From the human T2T-CHM13v2.0 reference genome, Homo sapiens: DNA of 64,000 nt. Numbering within the stretch: the stretch's first letter is position 1; each line of letters begins with the position of its first letter. This document shows, piece by piece, positions 1-12,177 of the stretch. The notes beneath the pieces are model-generated. The model searched no databases. It was not told where the DNA came from and saw nothing but the letters and a program-made list of their open reading frames with translations. The stretch lies in the NCBI RefSeq assembly GCF_009914755.1, contig NC_060932.1. One strand, written 5' to 3'. Both the position numbers and the translations under genes were made by a program.

Positions 1-1330
1 GTGTATGTGGAGGTGTGTGTGCACGTGCGTGTGTGCATGTTTGTGGAGGTGTATGTGTGGCGGTGTATGTGTGCACGTGCATGTGTGCATGTTTGTGGAG
101 GTGTGTGTACGTGTGTGCATGTTTGTGGAGGGGTATGTGTGGAGGTGTGTGTATGTGTGCACGTGCATGTGTGCATGTTTGTGGAGGTGTATGCATGCGC
201 GTGCATTTGTGAAGGTGTGTGTGTGTGCGCACGTTTGTGGAGGTGTATGTGTATACGTGCATGTGTACACGTTTGTGGAGGTGTGTGTATGTGTGTACGT
301 GTGTGCATGTTTGTGGTGGTATGTGTATGTGTGGAGGTGTGTGTGTATGTGTGCACGTGCATGTGTGCATGTTTGTGGAGGTGTATGTGTGCATGTGCAT
401 GTGCATGTTTGTGGACGTATGTGTGCGTGTGTGCATGTTTGTGGAGGTGTGTGTATGTGTGTAATGTGTGTATGCATGTTTGTGGAGGTGTATGTGTGGA
501 GGTGTGTGTGTATGTGTGCATGTTTGTGGAGGTGTATGCATGCGTGTGCATTTGTGAAGGTGTGTGAGTGAGTGTGTGCACGTTTGTGGAGGTGTGTGTG
601 CACGTGTGTGTGTGCATGTTTGTGGAGGTGTGTGTATGTGTGTAATGTGTGTATGCACGTTTGTGGAGGTGTATGTGTGGAGGTGTGTGTGTATGTGTGC
701 AGTGCATGTGTGCATGTTTGTGGAGGTGTATGCATGCGTGTGCATTTGTGAAGGTGTGTGAGTGTGTGCACGTTTGTGGAGGTGTGTGTGCACGTGTGTG
801 TGTGCATGTTTGTGGAGGTGTGTATATGTGTACACATGCGTGTGTGCGTTTGTGGAGGTGTATGTGTGTACGTGTGTGTGCATGTTTGTGGTGGTATGTG
901 TATGTGTGGAGGTGTGTATGTGTGCACGTGCATGTGTGCATGTTTGTGGAGGTGTATGTGTGCACGTGCATGCACATTTGTGGACGTGTGTGCGTGTGTG
1001 TGCATGTTTGTGGAGGTGTGTGTGCGCGTGCGTGTATGCATGTTTGTGGAGGTGTGTGTGTACATGTGTGTATGCATGTTTGTGGAGGTGTATGTGTGGA
1101 GGTGTGTGTGTATGTGTGCACATGCATGTGTGCATGTTTGCGGAGGTGTATGTGTGTGCATGCGTGTGCATGTTTGTGGATGTGTGTATGTGTGCACATG
1201 TGTGCATGTTTGTGGACGTGTGTATTGTGCACGTATGTACATGTTTGTGGAGGTGTGTGTGCACGTACGTGTGTGCATGTTTGTGGAGGTGTGTGTGTGA
1301 GTGCATGCGTGTGTGTGTGTGTGTGTGTGT
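1..1330. repeat. Complex GT-rich tandem repeat (anchor CATGTTTGTGGAGGTG plus variable (GT)/(GTAT)/(GCAC) spacers), truncated at the window start
   Basis: Anchor recurs every ~30-60 bp; ends in a pure (GT)n tract. Confidence 0.95.
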
Positions 1331-2467
1331 GTTGGCTTTGACTGGAAAATCAGGTAAGAAGTGGATTTGAACTAGAACTTGATGGCCGGGCAATGATCCA
1401 TGACAGGAGATGTGGGTGAGGACATTCCAGGTGGGTCAACTCTATAGGTGCAGAGAAGCAGGGAACTCTCACGGCCTTGGAGGCTGCCCATGTTTCCTCC
1501 AGGCCTTGTTCCCCACTGTCCCCGGGTTTTGCACATCTCCAGGGTCAGGACTCATGGAGAACACTCCCAGCTTCCTCCTTGCCTACACTCTGCTTCCATT
1601 CCCCTCCAGGCTGAGCTGGAACCAGGGCTCTCTCCACAAGCAGGGAGGAGTTGCCATCTGTCCCCACTGTGGCATCCACACTGGTCACTACCTTGGCAGA
1701 CCCAGTTCCAACCTGACCATACGCATGGTGGCCTGGTCATATCAGCACCCTCTACCTGGTACAGGGCACCCGGCAGTGGTGCTAGGAGCAGACCAGACGT
1801 GTGCTGCTGCTGCTCCTCTTGCCACCACTGCTCCCCAGAGACCCGGGGATAAGTCAGCCCGTCCTGCCTTCCGCCAGCTCCACAGTCCAGCCTGAGCTCT
1901 CTGGCTCGGCACCATGAGACAGAGCCCAAATCAGCTCCAGGAACAAGTGCCAGCCCCACGGGGATCAAATACACCCTGGATCTGGCCCCAAGGATGGGTG
2001 AGCCAGGAGCAGCTGAGGAGTGTGCATAGAGGTGTCTGTATGTTTTCCTGGCTGCATCTGTGTGTTTGGGGCTGTGTGTGTGTGTGTGCACCTGTGCATG
2101 CATGTATTATAGGATGTGTGTTCTCTGGTTTGTAGAGTACGTGTACGTGGTTGTGCATGTAAGCACACTTCTTGGAGTAACAACCTCACCTGCGAGGGGA
2201 GGTCTGTGTGTGTCTCATCCACATGTGCATAGAAAGAGATTTCTTTCATTCGCTGGGCATGTGGACAAAGTCAAGAAATGCTACGAAGGTGGTGGAGGCC
2301 AGAACCTCTCTCCATGCTGACTCCCACCAACCACTCAAGTGTGGGTGAACCTTCTGGGCCACGTCCTCCTAGCTAGCCCAGAGCTGTGAGCCATAGAGCA
2401 GAGCAGACACTGGGCGGGGCCTCCCTCCGGGGCTCCCCCACGAGGCAGGCCGATCATAGGGACTCAC

Positions 2468-2521
2468 GGGGTTTCCAGCTGCTCCAGGAGCCCCATGTGC
2501 ACCTTCCTGTCCCTTGGCACC
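2468..2521 (-). CDS. COL22A1: Collagen exon GAKGQEGAHGAPGAAGNP (54 nt; most 3' exon in window)
   Basis: tttatttcctgtgcag|GGT ... CCC|gtgagt; Gly-X-Y. Confidence 0.93.
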
Positions 2522-3329
2522 CTGCACAGGAAATAAAAGAGGGGCGGGGGTAAGACACCCTCAGTGATGCTGTTTCCCCTCACAGCAGGGAGGTCTCGGG
2601 AATACCGTGCTCATCAGAAGCATTATTCCAAACTGAAGGGGCCCGGGAGCACCGTCTAAAAGGTGAAGAAAATCACTACTTTCTGGCCCTCTGTTGGAGA
2701 TGGTCATATCGCGATTTCATTCCATCCTCACCACCTACCCAGGGTATAGGGGTCAGCACCGACCCTCTGTAGAAATGTAGCTCAGAGGGGCTCACACAGC
2801 CAGGCAAGGTCCCCAGTCACCCCAGCAGGATCTCCTACCATATCACAGAGTCTCCCAGAGAACCAAGATCCAGTGCAGAGGCAAACACCGAGCAAAATGA
2901 CAGAATCAAAGCACTAACATGTACCAGGTGTCACTTAAACCAGCACTGCCACTCCATGACTGGGATCCATTTCCTGTTCTGCAAATCCTCTGGGAACCAA
3001 GGTGCCCCCTATGTGCAGAGGCCCTTGCTCTCCAGATCCCGCTGAGCAGGAGAAGGGAGAGCACGGCAGAAACCTGCAGCTCACCTACACCAACCCTTTA
3101 GTGACAGAGTAGGGACATCCAGGGGTACAGAGGTGGGGCCTGGCCCCATGGCTGTGTCTGGGGCGTTTAGTGAGGGCCACTCAGCCTCTGCAGCACATTG
3201 GGGCTGCTCTGCCCAGCGTCTACTCCCAAAATGCCAGGGGAGAGAACTGGGGAGGGTGGCCTGGAGCGAGAGAGTGTGGCTGGGATCTCCAAGTCTCTGA
3301 GCCAGCAGGGGAAGGGATGGTTTTCTTAC

Positions 3330-3383
3330 CGGTGGTCCAGTGGGTCCCTGAGGCCCCAATTCTCCAGGACGGCCCTGCAGTCC
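3330..3383 (-). CDS. COL22A1: Collagen exon GLQGRPGELGPQGPTGPP (54 nt)
   Basis: tacag|GGA ... CCG|gtaaga; peptide visible in ORF 3081..3395(-). Confidence 0.94.
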
Positions 3384-3647
3384 CTGTAAGCACACAAGTT
3401 GCCATGAACCAGCTCATCCTCCTGGTTCTGAGCAGATGGGCGGATGGGGCGGGGACGTTGCAATGGGTATAATTTGAGATCCAAGGAGGGGACGTAGCTA
3501 GCGTCCTGAGGAGAAGAAAGGGCTGCCTTCCATTCAGTGTGGCTCCTGGGTGTGGAATGCACGGTGCAGATCTACAGCTGGTCAGCCTTTGGAGTCCGGG
3601 TCTCCAGGTAACCAGCCCTGCGGGGGAAGGGGACACAAGAGACTCAC

Positions 3648-3701
3648 CGGTTCCCCAGGCAGGCCTGGATCGCCCTTCTCTCCTTTGGGCCCTTGTTCTC
3701 C
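3648..3701 (-). CDS. COL22A1: Collagen exon GEQGPKGEKGDPGLPGEP (54 nt)
   Basis: aacag|GGA ... CCG|gtgagt; peptide visible in ORF 3582..3833(-). Confidence 0.94.
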
Positions 3702-4189
3702 CTGTTGGTGAGAAGCATAGGGTAGAGTGGACTTCAGGGAGAACTGCCCCTCGTCACAGGGTACATGTCCCCAGCTCCGGACACACAGGCCACCTCCAGT
3801 CCTGTGTATCACCTGATAGGTCCCCACCCCCAAAGGCTGTTCCCTCTGCCTGGGGGTTCTTCCCTCCTACTCCCCAGGACTGATTCTGACTCATCTTTCA
3901 GGTCAGGAATCACTTCTTCTGGGAAGCTGAACCCCAAAATGGGCCCAACCCTCCTGTTACAGCAGGTCAGTGTACTGTGCCTTTCTCCTCCTGAGCCCTG
4001 TTATGGCCGCAGTTTTACACTTAGTTGTGTGGTTTGATTCATGTCCCCTCCAGCTCAGAGCCTGGCACATGGTAGATCATCAGTGAATGATGGAAAGAGT
4101 TTTGAGAGGAGGAAGGGTCTTTAAGGGCCCCTGGCCCAAACACTATTTTTTCTCCCTCTCTTTCTCTCTCTCCCTCCCTTCCTCTCTCT

Positions 4190-4325
4190 CTTTCTAGTAG
4201 AGATGGGGTCTCATTATACTGCCCAGACCTTTCTTGAAATCCTGGGCTCAAGCGATCCTCCCTGCACAGCCTCCTGTGTACCTGCCTCCTGGAACTACAG
4301 GTCCTCACCATCGTGCCTGGCTCCA
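4190..4325 (-). mobile_element. Alu monomer fragment (FLAM/AluJ-like)
   Basis: tagagatggggtctc...cctgggctcaagcgatcctccc...cagcctcc...actacagg. Confidence 0.7.
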
Positions 4326-7300
4326 ACCCCTTTCTAGATAGAGAAGCTGGGGAGGGGTGCTTAACTAAGGGAACCCAGACCTTTGGGGACAGACTGGGGG
4401 TTGAACCCTAGACTCTGGGTGGTCAGAATGGTGTGTCTAACTTTTGCTGAAGAAAGGATGAGACACAGGCTGGACAGGCAGTACCCTGGGTGGGCCCAGT
4501 ATGGAATGATCCAAGATGGGGCAGGCTCACTTCCAGGGAGCCACATCCAGGGTGCCCAACACATCTCCCAGGAGGGTTGAAGGGACATGTGATCCTCAGC
4601 CTGCAATTCATATGGAACAAGGAGAAGATGAGCAGATGGGGGACTACAGTGAGGACAGCTTTCCAAGGGCTCAAGGGCGTATCTTTCCACAGCTGAAGGG
4701 CCACTGTGCAGGAGAGGAGTGGGGCCAGTGAACCAGTGTGGACACAGTCTCAGCTTCAGACCCATACAGCCTGTCTTGGGAGCCCTGGCCCTCTAACTTA
4801 TTGGCCATATAAACTTGGGCAAAGTAGTTACCCATACGGACCCCATATGACTTTTGCAGTTTCCATATCTGCAAAATAAAGAGGTGGTCCCCTTTTCACA
4901 TAGGGTGAAGGTCAATGGTACAGAGAAGGTGCAGCAGAGGCAAGACATCAAAGAGAAACAGCACAGGTTTGCAGAGTTCTCCAGGACGGCAGATAACAAC
5001 CAGAGCACGTGTACCCAGAAAGGCAGTATGCAACCCTTCTCAAGGAGCAGAACCTGCTACTGTCCCAAATCCCCACAGCCTGCTTAGGGGGACATCGGGC
5101 TCCCCTGCCACAGATAAGCCCAAGGAGAGCTGGGATGAGCATCTGCCTTGGGTGTAGAAGGGAGTCCTACATGGATGGGGTGTTTGCAAGACACGGCTTT
5201 AGAGAGCAGGAGATGAAGGGAGGGCCATGGATGCATCTGGAAGAAAGAGTCTAATGTCTACATTAGAGAACCTGAGGTTGGCTAGTTCTAACCTTTACTT
5301 GGTGGAGAAATCAGCATAGAAAGACACTATCTACTAAGGGTTTCATGCTACTTTCTCTCTCTATGCCTCTGCAAATGTTAGAGGCCTTGCAGCCATGGTT
5401 TCTACCTGCCCTCCCTTCCCAAGCCTCTCTCTGATACGGCAGTTGGAGACCACATGGCCTGCGGCTGTCTTCCTCACTCAGCATCACCTATTGCATGGAA
5501 CCGACATGGTCTACCTCGTACAGCTGTGACCTGGATTCAGTGAGATTGCGTTTGCAAAGTGTTTCACAGTGACCAATACAGAGGAGGTTTCAACGGATGC
5601 CAGCTCATTCCTCTGCCTAGAATCTCCATTGCCATTGAGCTCAGAAGGAGACATGTCTAGCCCCATTCACCACAGACAATAATACCATTATTTCTAGCAT
5701 GTTTTCCTCCTAGAAAACTACCCATGGTGGGGATTTGCAAGTCTTTTTCTGGTCCTCCAGTCATTGGCAACACAATTCATAAAGACAAAAGGGCTTATGG
5801 GATTGTTTCAGGAGACACACAGGGAAGACATTTGTACAGTCTTCTTCCAGTGTTGGTGAACGGGACTGCAGTGGCAGGAAGACAAAGTGAGGACCTACGG
5901 AGGGTCAGAAAGGGCCAGAGAAGGACTCCAGATGCTCAAGAGATTCCTGCCCCAGAGCCTAGGAGTCAGGAGGCAGCACCTTCCCTCCAGGGGCCCCCTG
6001 GAAGGGCTCTGTCAGTAGCTGTTGAATGTGTAAGTTTGGCTGGCTTCCATCTCCTCCCCACTGCCCCCTGGTGACCTCAGCCAAGTTAAACACCATCTCT
6101 GGGACTCATGATCATCTCTGCAGGCTTTGGTCATTGCCTGGGCATCCTGAAGCCTCCTTAGCAGGGTGAGGGGGTAGAATCAGGCCGGTTGGACAGAGCC
6201 TTCCTAAGATAACTGCTTTGGAACAACTGATGAGCCTCCAGTTACAAAACCCTGCTTGAGTTCTCCACTGTAACTTCCCCAAGCACCAAGCTGCCTGTCC
6301 CTCCTTCCTCCAGCAAAGGTTCTGACATCTGCAGACCCCAGGGATATGCACACCATCAAACAGCCTGCTCTGTCCTCTGCAAACCACCATCACCCTGTCA
6401 CCTCATCAGGTGCAGCCACCAGCCATCCCCAGGAGCCTCCTCAGTCCCAGAGAGGGTGACAAAATGAGTCGGGCTTCTCCCTCCACCCCCTCATCTCCTT
6501 TCCATTCTCTTCCTTCATTATGCGGCAGACCTTAACACCCCTCTAAATTGCTCTCTCCCCAGCCTCTTCCTGCACTGCAGGGGCTCAAAGGCATGTGCCT
6601 GAGCAGAGCAGGGAGAAGTCAAACAGAATAACACTTTCCAAATCCATCAATACAAACATGGGTTGCCATGGTGACGAAGCCAGTCCCGGGGAGACTCAGG
6701 CAATTGCCCACAATGAAACTTTTTTTTTCCATAGACATAATTTCCTTGTTTGCATCTGAGAGTGGCTTCCTGGCTCCCAGGCTCCCGCAGCAATGCAGAG
6801 CCTGCAGGAAGGATGTCAGTGCTGGGACTCAAGGTGGAGGGCGGCACAGGCCCCTCACGTGCCTTCCCAGTGGAATGCTCTGGAAGTTGTGTTTTTACAG
6901 AGCAATTCCTTTAAGGAGAGGCTGGACATGTAGGCTTGTCTCAACCCCGAGGGGCTCAGGGTGGACCTGAGGGAGGGAGGCCCACAGATGTCAGGGGCAG
7001 GGGGAGGCAATACATGGAGGTGGTCCAGGAAAGGCAGGTGACCAGTGGAAGGGACAGGCAGTGTGATGGGAAGCCCCTTGCACAGGACAGCCAGCCGGAA
7101 CTGAAGCAACGGCGGTACAGACGCTCCATCCAGTGCGCTATGGCTGACACACTAGCCCCTAATTCCTATCTCGCTGGTAGGGCCTTCTTGGCAAGTTCCC
7201 TAGCACCTCTGAGCTGCAGGACCGTCACCTGTAAGATGGACACAGGTGCCACTCCCTCAAGGCTGTTAGGAGGCTTGGTTGCAGCAGTGCCAGGAAAACG

Positions 7301-7396
7301 CCCGGAGCTGAGCTGCTGCATGGGGTGCTCTGTCCTTCCAAGCCCCTCTCTGGGAGAGCAGGTGAGAAGACAGGGTGGCAGAAAGGTAAGGGAGTT

Positions 7397-7695
7397 CCTC
7401 ATGCAGTGAGCGACAGCCCTACAGGTGAGGGAGGTGCTGCCTCCTCATGCAGTGAGTGCTGCCCTGCAGGTGAAAGAGGTGCTGTGTCCCTCATGCAGTG
7501 AGTACCTGCCATGCAGGTGAGAGAGGTGCTGTGTCCCTCATGCAGTGAGTACCTGCCATGCAGGTGAGAGAGGTGCGGTGTTCCTCATGCAGTAAGTACC
7601 CGCCCTGCAGGTGAGAGAGGTGTGGTGTCCTCATGCAGTGAGTACCCGCCCTGCGGGTGAGGGAGGTGCTGTGTCCTCATGCAGTGAGTGCCTGT
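7397..7695. repeat. Minisatellite, ~46-47 bp unit, ~6.4 copies
   Basis: Unit cctcatgcagtgagtacctgccatgcaggtgagagaggtgctgtgtc repeated with substitutions. Confidence 0.92.
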
Positions 7696-7865
7696 CTCTG
7701 CCAGAGCGGAGCAGAGTTATAAATGTTTTATGTAAAGTGCAAATATCCTGTTATTTGCATTTAATCCTGAAAGTGTATTTTTATTGTCCCAATTTTATAA
7801 TTGAGAAAACTAGGTCTCAGCAAAGAAACATAAGGAACATTTTCCAGGACAGGAGGGCAGTGAAG

Positions 7866-7884
7866 CAGTGCCCTCTAGTGGTTG
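7866..7884 (-). promoter_or_regulatory. CTCF core-motif match
   Basis: Reverse complement CAACCACTAGAGGGCACTG resembles the CCAC(C/T)AG(A/G)GGGC(A/G)C core; motif only, no occupancy data. Confidence 0.55.
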
Positions 7885-8940
7885 ACAGCTCAGTGACAAG
7901 AGGGCTCCTTTAACATCAGGGCCTTCTCTCCCTTCAGGAAAGGCTCACAGCCAGAGCCCTGTGCACCTGCTCTTTCCCGCAGACGCCTCTCACCCACTTC
8001 TCCCTAAGTCCATGCTGCCCTAGGATGCCCCCATCTCCCCATTATGCTTCCCAAGCACAAAATCCTTCCTTCTCCTGCAGTGATTTTAGCACCTGACTCA
8101 GTCTGTCTACCTGCTTCCTTCTTTTGCATCACACGCAGGATTCTTTTAAGCTTTTAAAATGGAATCGACTTAATATTGAATAAATGAAGATAGCAACAGC
8201 TGAAATGGACATCTACCTCAGCCTCTCAGCTGTCCCGCAGGTCAAGCCCTAATAGCAGAAGAACTGCATCAAAGGCAGCAAAAGAAACAATGGCATGTTT
8301 TCTGGCTTCAGCCAACAGCATAAAGAGATCCTGAAAACACCTATTTTCTGAAGAGCCATTCGTGAAAAGAGAGGAAAAAGGTTTCTAGACGTTGCAGTGC
8401 TAAGCTTTATTTCCTGCCAAGTGTTTTTGTGTGTGGAAGTAGCCAGCATCACTCTCTGTCCATCTGGCACACCCCAGGCTACATCTCAGGTTCCAGTCCC
8501 CAGAACAGCCTGAGAATGGGGTCCCCTCTTGACACCCCTATCTCTGGTCTCCTTCACTGCCAGCATCCATGGGGAACGTCTTTGCCTCTCTCTGACTCTC
8601 ATGTTCTGGCATCTCAAATAATTCTGTTCTCCTCAAAACCACCAGCTACTCTCTGTGTTACTGAAGAATTAACTTTTCCCAGAGATGCCTGGCCTTTGCT
8701 CTTAGCTATGAGAGGTGACTTCTAGGCCCCTGGAATGTCCTGCCTGACTCTGGAGCCAGCTCCCTGCAAGGCCCTTTCTCCACCTGTTTTCAGGACAAGC
8801 CCAGCAGCCCAGATCCCTGACAGTGATGAACGCGATGGGGCTGAGTCCTCACCCCACCCAGTCCAGGCTCCCAGGCCACACTGGACATTGCCCTCCAGGC
8901 CGAGGCACGCTGGGCACCCCGAGGCACCGCTACTACTTAC

Positions 8941-8973
8941 GGGCATCCGTGGATGTGGTGTGAACAGGGATGT
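8941..8973 (-). CDS. COL22A1: 33-nt microexon TSLFTPHPRMP encoding a non-collagenous (NC) interruption
   Basis: ccttttcag|ACA ... CCC|gtaagt; joins the GT end of the previous exon to the GEQ start of the next; matches the COL22A1 sequence as I recall it. Confidence 0.88.
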
Positions 8974-9531
8974 CTGAAAAGGAAACCACAGAGATTAGAA
9001 AGATGGGCATCAAGGAACCCAGTGTTTCATTTTTAAAACCTGCCTTGGAGAGATTTACAAGTGAAAGAATACAGCCCCAAAGCTTCCTGGAACGATTATT
9101 AGTTTTGACAATTAGATTCACATCTTTCTTTAAAATCCCTGGCTATTTATTTATTAAGGCAGAAATGCATAGTGGTTAGATTCCGGAGCCCTGGAGGCAA
9201 AAGACCTGAGCTCCAAACCCTGTGTGACCTTGGACATGTCTCCTCAGCTTCTATGTCCCCATCGGTAAAACGGGAAAGAAACATTCTTCCCTGCAGGTGT
9301 CCATAAGAGCTCTGCCAGGACACTGGATTCATGTCACAATGTCTCCTTCTCACTACTGCCATCTGCTGGGCATCAGGCAGGGATGCAGGTGCGTAGTAGA
9401 CAAGGTTGGGGAGAGTAGGAGAGGAGGGGAAATCCCTGCTTGACAGAGCCCAGGCTACAAAGACTCTGGCGGACTGGCCCCTGCAGGCTCCTTCAGCCTG
9501 GCCACCCCCACCTAGGCTGTGTTTAAGGCTA

Positions 9532-9840
<309 letters not shown>

Positions 9841-10699
9841 GGCTTCTCAGGTGTCATGCTTTCTCCAGCTTCAAAGCTTTTGCAAATACTGTTCCCCTTG
9901 CCTGGAACATACTCTCCTCTCCCTTTCTATGACTAAGGTCATATGGAGACCTGCAGGTGTCTTTTAAATGTCGTGTCTTCACGGATCCCTCTTCCCTCTC
10001 CACCATGCAAATATAATTTGGGTCCTCATGTTATTCTTGTTGATGCATCTTGTTCTTTTCCTGGATCACATTTACTATAATTTGCTATGTAGCTATATCT
10101 TTGCCACTGTAGGGTTAGTTTATCTTCTTGACTAGGCTACAAGCCCTGACAGATCTGATCCATGCAGATGCCTGGGTCCCAGCACGGGCCCGAAAGAAGC
10201 AGTAAATGGACAAAAAACATCATAGATAATGGTCCTAAACCACAATACATTAAAAAAAGATGGAAAAAAGTAGCTTCCTATATCTTGCCCTCCATGTCCC
10301 CAACCCCTGTCCCTTTTCTAGAAGGCACTGTTTTTCAGTTTACCATATTTTTAACTGTTTCCTATATATTTCCACACAATTATAAATGTTTAGAAATATA
10401 TAACTTTGTGCAAGTTATACAAATAGTAACAGCGACTACAGATGATTACTTACAGCCATTGAGAGGCCTTCACTCATGTGGTCTCACAATAACTCTAAGA
10501 GGTGGACTATCTGTTTCTGTCCTGCCTTATGGATAAGAAAATTGGAGGACACAGAAGTAAACCACAGAATGAAGTTCAAGCTGCTAGTGAATGTCAGGAC
10601 AGAAACTGGCGTCCACATAGGTGGCCTGGGGAGCCTGTGTTCTTATCTTTCAATATGCAGTGATTGACTAATAGATTTTTTCTACTTAATTTGCCTAGT

Positions 10700-11085
10700 T
10701 CCACTTAATTTGAGTATCACTATCTTTTCAAGACCATACACATATTGTACGCATATTAATTTGTAGAATTCCATGATACAGATATTTTGTGATTCACTTA
10801 ACTTTGTGCTTATGATCATGTGGTCTGTTCTAACTTTTTATTGTCATAAGTGATACTACAATGTACATCCTTATACATGCTTTTAAAAATGCACACATAC
10901 AAATATTTCTGCAGGATAAATGCCTAGACATGGAATATCTAAGCTTAGGGGTAGGCACTTTGTGATATATTGGTACTGCCAAGTAACTTCTCAAATAGGT
11001 GTGTCCAATCTGTTCTACCACCAAAAAGGTATGAGACTGCTTGCTGCCCTGCACCCCTGCCAATGCTGTAGGTTATCAATCTTAA
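10700..11085 (-). mobile_element. Ancient L1M 3' fragment
   Basis: Degenerate antisense L1M-like phrases (ggataaatgcctag...gaatat, ccaccaaaaaggtatgaga...cccctgccaa). Confidence 0.5.
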
Positions 11086-12135
11086 ACAAAAATTTGATAT
11101 GACTAATTCCGACTCTAAAGTTGTGATCCCAATTTCTTCCAACACCCTTATGGAATGTCTGAGTCTCATTTTGATGAGCATTGCTGGGGAGGAGACAGAG
11201 CTGTGGAATAATGATTTCGGTGTGATGAAAAGCACAGAGTAAGATTCTTTGCCACACTACAAATGGGATTTCTGAGTGCACAGGCTCTCTCCTCTCCTGG
11301 CATCCCCTGCAAGGGCTAGTAACTGGCCAACTCCTGATACATGTTTAGGGTCAGGGCCAGCCCAAGAAGCCATGTGCAAACTTCCCTGAAATCAGCTGGT
11401 CAAAACAGAGGATCTCAAGATGAGGAAGAAACATTAAAGTGGAAAAAAAAAAAAAGAAAAAGAAAAATGTGCTCCCATTATACAGTTCTTGGGAGTAAGA
11501 TAAATAATAATAATAGCAATTTTTAAGATTTTTAATATTTATAATGCACCAGAAACTCTGCCAAATATTTTGTAGTTTCAATTAACTTTCACTCCACATG
11601 TACAAGATAGCTGGGTATAATATTTTCTAACAGACGAGAAAACTGACTTTGTTAGACCATAACTATGACCACAATGCTGGTGAATGACAGAGCTGGGAGC
11701 CAGGTCTTCATGCCCTCAAAGCCCACACTCTTACTGATACTCAATACCAACTCACCATGCCCACCCTAACACGTATAGAGGGCCAATGAATGAAGCCCAG
11801 TTCCTGGGTCATGGTAGTGCAGTCTTATGCTGGGCAAACTGCTTCTTGTCTCTGGACCTCAGTTTCCCCATATGTGACAGGCAGATATGTATTCTCAGTA
11901 TCTAGCACCCATTCTGATAAATAATTGTGCTTTTGCTGAATAAATCAATAAGCATAGGATGGTTCTTAGAGAAGTGTATATATTTTTGGTTTGTAGGACC
12001 TAGGAATAGGCCTAGCTATTGGCAAACTCCAATAGGGGAGATATTTAAAACTAAGTAGTGGCAGTTGCTGGAGGGGGAGTACGAATCCCAATATAGGAAT
12101 TCAGAGGAGAAAGAATTAGAAGCGGAGTAACTTAC

Positions 12136-12177
12136 AGTTCCAGGTAACCCGGGAGGGCCTGCAGGACCAGCTTCACC
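12136..12177 (-). CDS. COL22A1: Collagen exon GEAGPAGPPGLPGT (42 nt), ends a COL domain
   Basis: tctag|GGT ... ACT|gtaagt; Gly-X-Y ending in GT. Confidence 0.92.

Noticed and set aside
1-1370. Overlapping Cys/Val/Met-rich ORFs of up to 230 aa
   Set aside because: All frames are open only because the GT repeat rarely contains stop codons; no splice or coding signature
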